A stretch of DNA of 64,000 nucleotides from Neoechinorhynchus agilis. Lineage: Eukaryota; Animalia; Acanthocephala. Under the pieces are notes generated by a model. It did not search any database. It saw only the letters and a program-made list of their open reading frames with translations, and was not told the origin of the DNA. Below are positions 63,406 to 64,000 of this stretch, one piece after another; position 1 is the stretch's first letter, and every line of letters starts with the position of its first letter. The position numbers and the translations under genes are program-made. The DNA is taken from positions 5,992,784 through 6,056,783 of the forward strand of contig CM121341.1 in assembly GCA_051530055.1 (NCBI GenBank). Reading direction: 5' to 3'.

Positions 63406-63494
63406 CGTCATCAAAAAATTTCAGTGACGTCATCGAAAAATTTTGGTGACGTCATTCAAAATTTTAGTGACGTCGTCGAAAATTTCGGTGACGT
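63406..63494. repeat. Short array of 21-22-bp units GTGACGTCATCGAAAATTTT, interrupted by an LTR
   Basis: GTGACGT starts at 63424, 63446, 63467 and 63488, with a partial copy at 63406. Confidence 0.9.
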
Positions 63495-64000
63495 TGTGGT
63501 GGCGACTGTCGCCTTGTATTCTTTTTTTAGCGACATTTTTTATTCAACACTTAATCGCACACACCTATTTTTAACCCTACATGATAAATCGATTAAGCGT
63601 GTGTTAATCGACCAGTCGACCAATCGATTAAAAACGTGTTAATCGACCTATCACATCTTCTCCCCCTCTGAGATATTGATCATATGGTCTTGTGGGTCTC
63701 CTTCGGTTTCTAGAGCTTCGTCTCAATTCCGGGATCGCTATCTTTTCCTCTGTACCTGTTTCAACTCTATCTTCGCCTTCACAGGTTCTGTCTTCTTTTT
63801 CGATAGGTCGTGGTTCCATAATGTTTTCGCTTTCTTTCTTTTTTTCGGGTTCCTCATCTACTGTCTCTTTTTTTGGTGACTCTTGGTCATGGATTCTCGT
63901 TCTTATTTGATCCGCGTGATATCGCTGTCTATCTTTCCCTGTTTTGATTCGGTACGAGTTTGGTCCAGTCTGAGCTAGGACGATGCCTTCATTCCATTCA
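63495..64000 (-). mobile_element. 3' end of a Gypsy (Mag-like) LTR retrotransposon running off the window: integrase C-terminus, PPT and 161-bp 3' LTR
   Basis: Minus-strand frame open from 64000: EWNEGIVLAQTGPNSYRIKTG..RYHADQIR ... LRRSSRNRRRPTRPY; PPT AGAGGGGGAGAAGA (63656-63669); LTR TGTGAT (63655) ... CCACA (63495) containing AATAAA. Confidence 0.88.

Overview
Eukaryotic DNA from a compact, short-intron genome (most introns about 35-55 bp). The plexin-like receptor, DysF ferlin, tetraspanin and SMYD4-like gene point to an animal (inference). No prokaryotic features or CRISPR arrays were seen. Recognisable genes: ferlin, WARS1, tRNA-His(GUG), XRN2, ZDHHC16-like, ZnT1/SLC30A1-like, C1D, a TBC-domain RabGAP, a tetraspanin, a divergent plexin-like receptor, MRPS16, eIF4G and SMYD4-like. 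Between them lie retroelement relics (three CRE-like non-LTR fragments, an RTE 3' end, two Gypsy/Mag-like LTR fragments, a tRNA-headed SINE with an 11-bp TSD) and four tandem arrays (about 10, 270, 119 and 21 bp units). The top candidate is a 143-bp insertion at 17299-17441 (minus strand), flanked by a perfect 10-bp direct repeat, consisting mostly of a twister ribozyme plus RTE-like ends: a candidate twister-bearing mini-retroelement. All alignments and exon boundaries were done by eye and are approximate unless stated.
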